DNA of 20,000 nt. It comes from Candidatus Caldarchaeum subterraneum. GTDB taxonomy: Archaea > Thermoproteota > Nitrososphaeria_A > Caldarchaeales > Caldarchaeaceae. The stretch covers positions 8,204-28,203 of the forward strand of contig DQVM01000047.1 of the NCBI GenBank assembly GCA_015661775.1. The letters run 5' to 3'. Positions 1 through 7,587 of the stretch are shown here, piece by piece. The notes under the pieces were generated by a model. It did not search any database. It saw only the letters and a program-made list of their open reading frames with translations, and was not told the DNA's origin. Every line of letters begins with the position of its first letter. Position 1 is the first letter of the stretch. A program made the translations under genes and the position numbers.

Positions 1-504
1 GTCTGCGAATACTTTTACATGGTCAGCCCTTAGGCTTGCTCTGTATCTTAATGCCTTATGCGCCACCGCCTCCACGAAGCCCTCGTCGGCTATGTATGCG
101 TTGGCCCACTCAGCGGCCCTTACCCACCTAGCCCCTGATGCCACGCATGCAGCTATTGCAGGGATTACGCCATTCGCTAGGCAGCACACCCCAGTAGGCA
201 GGCCTGTAGCCTTCCTAACCTCACGGGCCACAACAGCCAAGATAGAGCTGGTCTCATGCCCTATATCATCAGGCTTAAGATACGGGTAATCCCCTATATT
301 CTCCACCTGCAGACCATCCACATCCCCTCCCTTAAGAACCTCAGCATCCCGCAGGGCATAGTCAATAATCTCCTCCACCTCCATACCCCTGTAGCGGGGT
401 GCTCCGGGGAGAGGGGGGAGGTGGATCATCGCGATTATAGGCTTTGGGTTCTTGAAAAGCTCGTTAAGTGCGTTAGGTTTCAACGGTAGCTGGGTGTTTG
501 GCAT
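1..504 (-). CDS. BtpA/SgcQ family TIM-barrel protein, paralog 1 (C-terminus runs off the left edge)
   Basis: Minus-strand reading from ATG at 504 is open to base 1: MPNTQLPLKPNALNELFKNPKPIIAMIHLPPLPGAPRYRG...VDGLQVENIGDYPYLKPDDIGHETSSILAVVAREVRKATGLPTGVCCLANGV...YIADEGFVEAVAHKAL..DHVKVFAD. Closely matches the intact paralog at 6645-7463. Not in the supplied ORF track because it is truncated. Confidence 0.93.
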   Translation of the reverse strand, partial: MPNTQLPLKPNALNELFKNPKPIIAMIHLPPLPGAPRYRGMEVEEIIDYALRDAEVLKGGDVDGLQVENIGDYPYLKPDDIGHETSSILAVVAREVRKATGLPTGVCCLANGVIPAIAACVASGARWVRAAEWANAYIADEGFVEAVAHKALRYRASLRADHVKVFAD

Positions 505-525
505 GCTACTCAACACTTTTGGATG

Positions 526-1434
526 CTATAAAATTCTTTTCACGTCATCCGGTATCCTGCCCCCAATCACGGATGCTGCTAAAGCCCCCAGCTTGCTGGC
601 CGTCTCCCCGCATCTCCTTAGGGAGGAGCCTCTCAGAAGCTCGTAGATGAACCCAGCTACAAAGGCGTCTCCAGCACCTGTGGAGTCAACTGAACTAGAT
701 TCGTAACTATCTATAGCTATGGAATCCCCGTCTGGGGTTGTTACCTCACAGCCCAACCGGCCTTTCTTCAATACTATGATACACCCCAGCTCCTCCGCCA
801 GCTGCTCTACAGAGCCTAAACCAACGCTTCCCCTGATTATGTTAAACTCATTAGTGTTCATGAAGACGTAGTTGAAGCTTGATAGGGTTTTAGTGATTTC
901 ATGTTTGTTAAGCTCTGCTAGGGGTCTGCATAGGTCTAGTGTTCTGGTTATGTCTCCTCTTATCTCCTCCAGCAGCCTAGCTGTGGCTTCCCTTTGGCTT
1001 CCCTCAGCTAAGCTATAGCCGGATACGTGAATCAGCTCTGCCCCTGCTAATGTTGTTATGTCTATTTTGCTGTATTCCATGTATTTGTTGGCTCCTCTGA
1101 AGGCTAGCATGGTCCTCTCACCCTCTACAACCGCTACGTATGTTACCCCCGTGGGCTCCCGGCTTGTTCGCTGGATTAACGTGGTATCAACCCCTTTTTT
1201 ACTCAGCTCCTCCACCAGCATCTCACCTACCGCATCATCACCAACGCAACCTACCAAAAGAACATCAACCCCCAGCACCGCTAAGGCGTGAGCCACGTTA
1301 GCAGCCGAACCCCCTGGGGCCAGGGACGCCTTCCCAGCTATGCTCTCGCCTCCCAAACCAGGTAAATCCCTGTGAAACGCTATAATATCCAAGTTAATAT
1401 CCCCCACAACCCCCACCCTAGGCTTAGCCTCCAT
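526..1434 (-). CDS. PfkB-family carbohydrate/nucleoside kinase
   Basis: VVGDINLDIIAF (NxD), GGSAANVAHALAVLG, C-terminal DSTGAGDAFVAGF anion-hole motif. The track starts at 1476; the internal Met at 1434 (MEAKPRVGVVGD) is a better start because an AT-rich TATA-like element lies about 30 nt upstream. Confidence 0.9.
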   Translation of the reverse strand: MEAKPRVGVVGDINLDIIAFHRDLPGLGGESIAGKASLAPGGSAANVAHALAVLGVDVLLVGCVGDDAVGEMLVEELSKKGVDTTLIQRTSREPTGVTYVAVVEGERTMLAFRGANKYMEYSKIDITTLAGAELIHVSGYSLAEGSQREATARLLEEIRGDITRTLDLCRPLAELNKHEITKTLSSFNYVFMNTNEFNIIRGSVGLGSVEQLAEELGCIIVLKKGRLGCEVTTPDGDSIAIDSYESSSVDSTGAGDAFVAGFIYELLRGSSLRRCGETASKLGALAASVIGGRIPDDVKRIL

Positions 1435-1459
1435 CAACAAACAAAAGGCATAGTCCTTC

Positions 1460-1467
1460 TTTATTCC
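1460..1467 (-). promoter_or_regulatory. Putative archaeal TATA box for the pfkB-btpA pair
   Basis: Minus-strand GGAATAAAG centred about 30 nt upstream of the ATG at 1434; consistent with leaderless transcription. Confidence 0.35.
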
Positions 1468-1482
1468 TTTCCCCATAAGGAG

Positions 1483-1490
1483 AAATATAT
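1483..1490 (+). promoter_or_regulatory. Putative archaeal TATA box for cytidine deaminase
   Basis: AAATATAT centred about 30 nt upstream of the ATG at 1517. Confidence 0.45.
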
Positions 1491-1516
1491 CAAGCCTAAG
1501 CAGCTGAAGAAAGGGT

Positions 1517-1927
1517 ATGAAGGTGTATCAGGAGCTTCTGGAACAAGCCTTCAAAGCTACCCGCCTCTCCTACGCACCCTACTCTAGGTTTAGGGTTGGG
1601 GCAGCGTTGCTGACGGAGGATGGAGCTGTCGTAACGGGATGTAACGTTGAGAACGCCAGCTACGGGTTGAGTAACTGCGCAGAGAGGACAGCGGTCTTCA
1701 AAGCTGTATCTATTGGAAAGCGTAGGTTCAAGGCAATAGCCGTGGTATCCAACAGGAGGAATCCAGTCTACCCCTGCGGGGCATGCAGGCAGGTGCTGCG
1801 TGAGTTTAACAAGGACATAACCATAGTAGTAGCGAATAGGCGAGGCAGGGTGATGAAGACCAGCCTCTCTAAGCTTCTTCCGAAGAGCTTCGGCCCAGAA
1901 GACCTAGGGAGGAGACGACGTGGATAA
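1517..1927 (+). CDS. cdd: Cytidine deaminase
   Basis: Homotetrameric CDA motifs: NVENASYGLSNCAERTAVFKA (zinc/CAE) and YPCGACRQVLREF. Confidence 0.95.
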   Translation: MKVYQELLEQAFKATRLSYAPYSRFRVGAALLTEDGAVVTGCNVENASYGLSNCAERTAVFKAVSIGKRRFKAIAVVSNRRNPVYPCGACRQVLREFNKDITIVVANRRGRVMKTSLSKLLPKSFGPEDLGRRRRG

Positions 1928-1928
1928 G

Positions 1929-1937
1929 ATTTAAACA
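1929..1937 (+). promoter_or_regulatory. Putative TATA box for nucleoside hydrolase
   Basis: ATTTAAAC-type element centred about 30 nt upstream of the ATG at 1964. Confidence 0.4.
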
Positions 1938-1963
1938 CCAAAAAGCTCTCATGCCAAGTAGGT

Positions 1964-2905
1964 ATGGCGTTGAAGCTGATAATAGACACCGACACAGCGG
2001 GGGATGACACTATATCCCTGCTCCTGGCCCTCAAATGGCCTGGGGTGAGGCTGGAGGCCGTTACGGTAGTCTGCGGCAACGTAGAGTTCTGGCAGGAGGT
2101 TGAGAACGCCCTATACACCGTTGAGCAGTTCTCCAGCTACTACGTCCCAGTCTACCCCGGATGCGATAAACCCCTCCTCAAAAGCTGGAGATACGCAGAC
2201 TACGTCCACGGGAGAGACGGTATGGGGGAGAACTACTTCCCGAAAGCAAGGCAGAGGCCCGAAAACCAACACGCGGTCCAAGCCCTTATAGAGATGGTGA
2301 ACTCAAGCCCCGGGGATTATACGATAATAGCCCAAGGCCCTTTGACCAACATAGCAACGGCGATACGCATGGATAGGGAGTTCGCCAAAAATATCGGAAA
2401 ACTCTACATAATGGGAGGCTACGCAGATGGCTTCGGAAACATAACACCGGCGGCAGAGTATAACTTCTGGGTAGACCCAGACGCAGCGAAGATTACGCTA
2501 CACGCAGGGATTAAACCCGTCTTGGTGGGGTGGGATATAGCGGTTAAGTATAGTGTTGTGAGCGAGGATATGCATAGGGAGATAGCCGGGTGGGGGACTA
2601 AGGAGGCTGATTTCTTCGTAAAGGTGAACAGGAAGGTTGTAGAGTTTGAGAAGAGGGTAGTAGGCCTAGCTGGTAGTACGCATCCAGATACAATAACAAC
2701 AGCAATAGCAATAGAGCCTAAAGTCGCCAAGAGGATAGAACCAAGATACGTTGACGTAGAAAACCAGAGCGAACTCACAAGGGGAATGGCAGTAGTAGAC
2801 CACCTAGGGGTGCTTGGGAAAGAGCCCAACACGGAGGTATGCTACGAAGCGGATGAGAAGCTCTTTAAACAGATGCTCTTTAAAGTATTGAGAGGCGGGG
2901 CCTAG
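1964..2905 (+). CDS. Inosine/uridine-preferring nucleoside hydrolase family protein
   Basis: N-terminal DTDTAGDD calcium/ribose-binding Asp cluster, GPLTNIATAIRMD, YIMGGYA..GNITPAAEYNFWVDPDAAK, all typical of IU-nucleoside hydrolases. Confidence 0.95.
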   Translation: MALKLIIDTDTAGDDTISLLLALKWPGVRLEAVTVVCGNVEFWQEVENALYTVEQFSSYYVPVYPGCDKPLLKSWRYADYVHGRDGMGENYFPKARQRPENQHAVQALIEMVNSSPGDYTIIAQGPLTNIATAIRMDREFAKNIGKLYIMGGYADGFGNITPAAEYNFWVDPDAAKITLHAGIKPVLVGWDIAVKYSVVSEDMHREIAGWGTKEADFFVKVNRKVVEFEKRVVGLAGSTHPDTITTAIAIEPKVAKRIEPRYVDVENQSELTRGMAVVDHLGVLGKEPNTEVCYEADEKLFKQMLFKVLRGGA

Positions 2906-2920
2906 GCTGTGCTAGAAAGC

Positions 2921-2929
2921 GGATATAAG
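2921..2929 (+). promoter_or_regulatory. Putative TATA box for deoC
   Basis: GGATATAAG centred about 29 nt upstream of the ATG at 2955. Confidence 0.4.
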
Positions 2930-2954
2930 TAGGGGGATGTAGAAAAGCAGGGGC

Positions 2955-3617
2955 ATGAGCAGATACTCCGACATAGCATCTAGGATACAGCACACCAACG
3001 TATCCCCAGACGCCACTTTAAAAGACATAGAGAAGCTCTGCAGGGAGTGTATAGAATATGGATTCGACGCAGCTGTTGTAAACCCTATATGGGTTAAGGA
3101 GGCTAAACGGCTCCTAAGAGGTAGCGGCGTCAAGGTCTGCGTAGCCCTTAACTTCCCGATAGGGGCTTCATCAACCCTATCTAAGGTTGTTGAGATACGC
3201 AGCAGCTTGGCTGACGGCTGTGATGAGATTGACTTCATGATAAACGTAGGTTATCTAAAATCCGGGTTTCTGGATTTGTTTAGAAAAGACGTGGAGGAGG
3301 TTGTTAAAGCAGCTGACGGGAGGGTTGTTAAGGCCATACTTGAGACTGCTATATTAACGGATGAAGAGCTTAGAACAGCAGCGAGGATATGCGAGGAGGC
3401 AGGGGTTGATTACATCAAAAACTCAACAGGATGGGGGAAAGGAGGCCCAGCTACTGTTGAGGTAATAAAGCAGATGCGCAGCTTGGTGAGTAGCAGGGTT
3501 AAGATAAAAGCATCAGGAGGAATTAGAGACCTCAGAACAGCAGCATCCCTACTGGAGGCGGGGGCTGAGCTGCTGGGAACCAGCAGAGGGGTTCAAATCG
3601 TAAAGGAGAGGGAGTAG
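2955..3617 (+). CDS. deoC: Deoxyribose-phosphate aldolase
   Basis: Class I aldolase motifs: CVALNFPIGASS, EIDFMINVGYLKSG, VVKAILETAILTDEE, VDYIKNSTGWG, VKIKASGGIRD (Schiff-base Lys). Confidence 0.97.
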   Translation: MSRYSDIASRIQHTNVSPDATLKDIEKLCRECIEYGFDAAVVNPIWVKEAKRLLRGSGVKVCVALNFPIGASSTLSKVVEIRSSLADGCDEIDFMINVGYLKSGFLDLFRKDVEEVVKAADGRVVKAILETAILTDEELRTAARICEEAGVDYIKNSTGWGKGGPATVEVIKQMRSLVSSRVKIKASGGIRDLRTAASLLEAGAELLGTSRGVQIVKERE

Positions 3618-3630
3618 GTGAGGTACTAAC

Positions 3631-4557
3631 GTGGCGGAGAAGATTACGGTGGTCGGAAGCTACAACACAGGCTTCATAATCTACGTAGACAGGCTCCCAA
3701 CAAAAGGGGAAACCATGCCGGGGAGGGGGTTTAGAATGGAGCACGGAGGGAAGGGCTCCAACCAAGCGATACAGAGCAGCAGGCTGGGATGCGAAACCAC
3801 GATTGTGGCTAGGGTAGGTAGAGACGTCTTCGGAGAAAGGGCATTAAACAAATGGCGCAAGGAAAACATAAACACCAGCCACGTAGTCCTAGATGGAGAA
3901 AACCCAACCGGGGCGGGTTTGATAATAGTAGGCCCTGCGGGGGATAACATAATAGCCGTAGACCTAGGGGCTAATATGCGCCTCTCGCGAGAGGATGTGG
4001 ATAACGCCTTAGACTCCATAGAAGATGCTGATGTTATAGTCTCGCAGCTGGAGATACCAATAGATACAGCCCTCCACTCCCTACGCGGCAGAGACGCAGA
4101 TACAATACTAAACCCAGCCCCCGCACACGGCATACCCCCCGAAAAGCTGAAAGGCATAAACATCATAACACCCAACGAGGTTGAGATAAAAACCCTAGCA
4201 GGCCACAAACCAGAAGAAAACATAGACGTAACAGAGATAGGGTTGAAGTACGCTAAATACGTGGAATACGTAATCATAACGCTAGGCGAGAAGGGGGCTG
4301 TGATAATAGACAAAACAGGAAGAAAAACACAGATACCGGCGCCTAGGGTTGATGCGGTGGACTCTACAGGGGCTGGAGACGCTTTTAACGGAGCCCTAGC
4401 CGCTGCGCTGGCAAGGGGATACGCGATAGAGGAGGCCGTTGAATACGCCTGCTACGCAGGGGCTTTCCTAGCAGCCAGGATAAAACAGGGGGAGCTTGTA
4501 GAGGCCCTAGCTACAGCGAGGGAGCTGGAAAAATTCATCTCTGATAATGGTGGGTGA
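3631..4557 (+). CDS. rbsK: Ribokinase-like PfkB-family sugar kinase (GTG start)
   Basis: RLPTKGETMPGRGFRMEHGGKGSNQAIQSSRLG, NPAPAHGIPPEKLKGINIITPNEVEIKTLAG, DSTGAGDAFNGALAAALA. The usual NxD after the first beta strand is replaced (GSYNTGFIIYVDRLP). Confidence 0.88.
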   Translation: MAEKITVVGSYNTGFIIYVDRLPTKGETMPGRGFRMEHGGKGSNQAIQSSRLGCETTIVARVGRDVFGERALNKWRKENINTSHVVLDGENPTGAGLIIVGPAGDNIIAVDLGANMRLSREDVDNALDSIEDADVIVSQLEIPIDTALHSLRGRDADTILNPAPAHGIPPEKLKGINIITPNEVEIKTLAGHKPEENIDVTEIGLKYAKYVEYVIITLGEKGAVIIDKTGRKTQIPAPRVDAVDSTGAGDAFNGALAAALARGYAIEEAVEYACYAGAFLAARIKQGELVEALATARELEKFISDNGG

Positions 4558-5410
4558 TACCCCGGATATGTCAGAGCCTGAGGAGCCTATGGTGGGCGGC
4601 AGGTTCTACCACGTCAGGGTAAGGAAAGGGGAGGTGGCGCCCTATGTTCTAATGCCAGGCGACCCTGATAGGGTTCCTAAGCTGGCCAAGTTCTGGGATG
4701 AGGCCAGTGAGGTAAGCTTCCACAGGGAGTATAGGGTGTGGAACGGCAGGGTAGGCGGGGCTAGGGTAACGGCCTGCTCAACAGGTATAGGAGCGCCCTC
4801 AACGATAATAGCGTTGGAAGAACTGGCGCGGGCGGGGGCGAATACCTTCATAAGGGTGGGAAGCACAGGGGCTCTGCAGAGAGGAATAGAACTTGGGGAC
4901 TTGATAATCTCAGAGGCGGCAGTCAGGCTTGAGGGGACAAGCACCCAATACGCCTTGAAGGAGTACCCGGCGTACGCCAGCTACGAAGTAACCCTAGCCC
5001 TGATAGAAGCAGCTGAGACGATAGGAGCAAAATACCACGTGGGGGTAACAGCGTCAACCGACAGCTTCTACACAGGACAAGGAAGAAAAGGATACCAAAA
5101 CTACACATGGAGCCACTCCGAGAAAATCCTACAAGACCTAAAACAGATGCAGGTCCTAAACTTCGAGATGGAGGCGTCAGCTTTATTCACAGTAGCTTCA
5201 ATCTACCGCCTAAGAGCAGGGGCTGTATGCACGGTCTTCGCCAACAGGGAGGAGGGGAAATTCGGAACAGCAGGAGAAGAAACACTAGCTAAAGTAGCTG
5301 CTGAGGCTGTAAAAATCCTAAACGAATGGGACACGATAAAACAGAAAAACAACAAAAAACACATATACCCAAGCATGCTCCTCAAACATCTAGAGAAGAA
5401 AAAAACCTAA
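4547..5410 (+). CDS. udp: Uridine phosphorylase / nucleoside phosphorylase-I family
   Basis: YVLMPGDPDRVPKLAKFWDEASEVSFHREYRVW, ACSTGIGAPSTIIALEEL, IRVGSTGALQ, GVTASTDSFYTGQG, VLNFEMEASALFTVAS. Overlaps the preceding kinase gene by 11 nt. Confidence 0.93.
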   Translation: MVGDTPDMSEPEEPMVGGRFYHVRVRKGEVAPYVLMPGDPDRVPKLAKFWDEASEVSFHREYRVWNGRVGGARVTACSTGIGAPSTIIALEELARAGANTFIRVGSTGALQRGIELGDLIISEAAVRLEGTSTQYALKEYPAYASYEVTLALIEAAETIGAKYHVGVTASTDSFYTGQGRKGYQNYTWSHSEKILQDLKQMQVLNFEMEASALFTVASIYRLRAGAVCTVFANREEGKFGTAGEETLAKVAAEAVKILNEWDTIKQKNNKKHIYPSMLLKHLEKKKT

Positions 5411-5464
5411 ACCCACTACACTCACTCCAAAAACCCAGCACAACCCACTACCGCCACTCCCTTT

Positions 5465-6610
5465 TCACTGTAGGCCATATTCCCACATTTCGCTTGGTGT
5501 TAATCCTTTCTCACGCATCCACTCCCTTACCCTATCAACATTCGCAACACGTTTAGCAACACTCCCCTCAGCTGTGACTTCGAATAGTAGGATGGACTCG
5601 ATACCAGCAACATCAACTACTACTGGCGAGTGTGTAGCTACAAGGATCTGCCTGCCTGAGTTTTTAAACTCGCTGATAACATACTCAAGGGCTTCAAAGT
5701 GTAGCGAGTTCTCAACCTCATCTACTAAGAGAATTGAGAAGTCTGAGTTTAAGGCGCATGTGAGGTGTAGTATTTTATAGAATCCGTCAGATATGCAAGG
5801 AGGGAAAATCTCAGCTCCTAGCTTGTTGTCAAGAACCTTCATGAAGACTCTACCGTCTGGAGTTAAGTCAGGCTTTAGCGAAAGTTCTGGGAATAAGTTA
5901 CGCAGGGCATGTTCAACGATATCAGGGTACTTACCGTTATTAGTTAGGAATAAACGGTGTAAGAGCTGAGCAAGGTTCCTACCATCTTCAGCAACCTCAT
6001 CAACACCAACAACAGGAACAGGCTCTCTAGTAGCATTCACATTAACATGCTTAACAAACAAGATACTACTTATGAAGTCTTTAACATACCTAAATATCCA
6101 GCCAAACTCACCATGATATATCTCTGCATGATCTAGAAAGCTTATACGAGTAAATTTCTTTATTTTATATACTAATCTTCTTATTATTATTTTCTTGTCT
6201 GAAGAAAATTCACCATAAACCCTGATAATACCATTCCGTCTTCTTACCTGGAAACCATTATGGCTTAGTTCTTCCTCGAAGACATCTAAAGCTCCTCCAG
6301 CTATTGAGAAGGAGACTTTGTACGTTATTCCGTTAGTAAAGTGTAGCTCGAATGTTATTGGTTTTGTTGTGTCGTTTTTGTATGCTATGTTTCTGACGTT
6401 CCACCACTCTAGGTGGGGTGCGTAGGGGGTTGTCGGCTTTCCTATTGCTTTCTTAAGGAATTTGAATGCCTCGAGTAGGTTTGTCTTTCCTGATGCGTTC
6501 GGGCCTACTAGAATGTTTAGGCCTTCGTTAAGTTCTATTGTGCAGTCTTTGAAGGATTTCCAGTTGATTATCCTGATTTTCTTGAGCTTCTTCTCCTTAT
6601 TATTTTCCAT
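5465..6610 (-). CDS. AAA family ATPase (RecF/SMC-like, AAA_21/AAA_15 type)
   Basis: IRIINWKSFKDCTIELNEGLNILVGPNASGKTNLLEAFKF (Walker A), FSILLVDEVENSLHFEALEYVISEF (Walker B), GRQILVATHSPVVVD (H-loop). 381 aa; no TOPRIM domain visible after the ATPase core. Confidence 0.9.
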   Translation of the reverse strand: MENNKEKKLKKIRIINWKSFKDCTIELNEGLNILVGPNASGKTNLLEAFKFLKKAIGKPTTPYAPHLEWWNVRNIAYKNDTTKPITFELHFTNGITYKVSFSIAGGALDVFEEELSHNGFQVRRRNGIIRVYGEFSSDKKIIIRRLVYKIKKFTRISFLDHAEIYHGEFGWIFRYVKDFISSILFVKHVNVNATREPVPVVGVDEVAEDGRNLAQLLHRLFLTNNGKYPDIVEHALRNLFPELSLKPDLTPDGRVFMKVLDNKLGAEIFPPCISDGFYKILHLTCALNSDFSILLVDEVENSLHFEALEYVISEFKNSGRQILVATHSPVVVDVAGIESILLFEVTAEGSVAKRVANVDRVREWMREKGLTPSEMWEYGLQ

Positions 6611-6640
6611 CTATCATCTGGCTGGTTCTTCTATGGTTTT

Positions 6641-6650
6641 AGATTTAAAC
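6641..6650 (-). promoter_or_regulatory. Putative TATA box for the AAA ATPase gene
   Basis: Minus-strand GTTTAAATCT about 31-35 nt upstream of the ATG at 6610, overlapping the stop codon of the upstream btpA-like gene. Confidence 0.35.
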
Positions 6651-7463
6651 ATTCTCTCTTATTTTCTTGACTATCTGCATCAGTTTCTTTACCCTGTTGA
6701 TATCTACTGGATTTTGGAGGTTTCCTTCTTTCTTTAGGTATGTCCCTACTATGGCCCCGTCTGCGTATTTTAGTAGCTTCTCAGCGTTCTCCGGTGTTAG
6801 GCCGCTTCCTATCAGGACTGGTTTTGCTGCTGTTTGTTTTATCTGCCTCACCCTATCTATCGGTGTTTCTGCCCCTGTCCTTTCTCCAGAAGCTATTATC
6901 GCATCCGCCCCCGTTTCTTCCAGCCTCTTGACTTTATACTCAAGCTGGGTGTCTTTTGTTATTAGGTGGCTTCCATGCTTCACCACTACGTCTGCGAATA
7001 TTTTGACGTCTATGTTTAGGTTTGTTTTTCTCCTCTCAGCCCTTGGGGCAGCTGACTCCACAAACCCCTCGTCAGCTATGTATGCTAGGTTGTACATGTT
7101 GGCTCTTATCCACTTAGCCCCGCTTGCAGCTGCTGCTGAGAGGGATTCCTCTATCCCGTTTGCCAGTATGAAGACTCCAGTAGGTAGGCCTGTTGCTCTC
7201 CTAACCTCCCTAGCTATCGCCGCTACTATCGTTACCGCCTCGTCTGTTATTTCATTCGGCTTCATGAAGGGTTTATCCCCTATGTTCTCTACCTGCACTC
7301 CATCAACCCCGCCTTCTTCCAGCGCCTCCGCATCCCTCAGGGCATTCTCTAGGATATGCTCCACCTCTTCCACGCACCTAGGCGAGCCGGGGAGGGGCTG
7401 GAGGTGAACCATGCCTATGATAGGCTTGCTGCAGCCGAAGAGCTCCTCAAGGATGTTTGACAT
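6645..7463 (-). CDS. BtpA/SgcQ family TIM-barrel protein, paralog 2
   Basis: KPIIGMVHLQPLPGSPRC, GGVDGVQVENIGDKPFMKP, ATGLPTGVFILANG, ADAIIASGERTGAETPIDRVRQIKQTAAKPVLIGSGLTPENAEKLLKYADGAIVGTYLKKEG. The internal Met at 7463 aligns with the start of the family better than 7508. Confidence 0.93.
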   Translation of the reverse strand: MSNILEELFGCSKPIIGMVHLQPLPGSPRCVEEVEHILENALRDAEALEEGGVDGVQVENIGDKPFMKPNEITDEAVTIVAAIAREVRRATGLPTGVFILANGIEESLSAAAASGAKWIRANMYNLAYIADEGFVESAAPRAERRKTNLNIDVKIFADVVVKHGSHLITKDTQLEYKVKRLEETGADAIIASGERTGAETPIDRVRQIKQTAAKPVLIGSGLTPENAEKLLKYADGAIVGTYLKKEGNLQNPVDINRVKKLMQIVKKIRENV

Positions 7464-7587
7464 CCCCCTAAACACCCCTACACAACCATATTTCAAGGTA
7501 TCCAACACGGTGGAGGTTGCTAAGGCCTGAGACCAGCCTCTAGAATCAAGTTTTTAACGTTCAATTCAAGGGCTATCTAAGTCAGGT

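Noticed and set aside
92-489. Plus-strand ORFs of 65 and 77 aa at the left edge
   Set aside because: Antisense to the truncated BtpA-like gene, which reads continuously on the minus strand.
1768-2118. 116-aa minus-strand ORF and similar antisense ORFs (1372-1587, 2100-2291, 2419-2832, 2912-3238, 3681-4313, 4642-4944)
   Set aside because: They overlap well-supported genes (cdd, nucleoside hydrolase, deoC, rbsK, udp) on the opposite strand, have Ser/Pro/Arg-rich low-information composition and no recognisable motifs.
6667-7407. 246-aa plus-strand ORF opposite the BtpA-like paralog
   Set aside because: Pure antisense shadow of a conserved TIM-barrel gene; Ser/Pro/Thr-rich translation with no family features.
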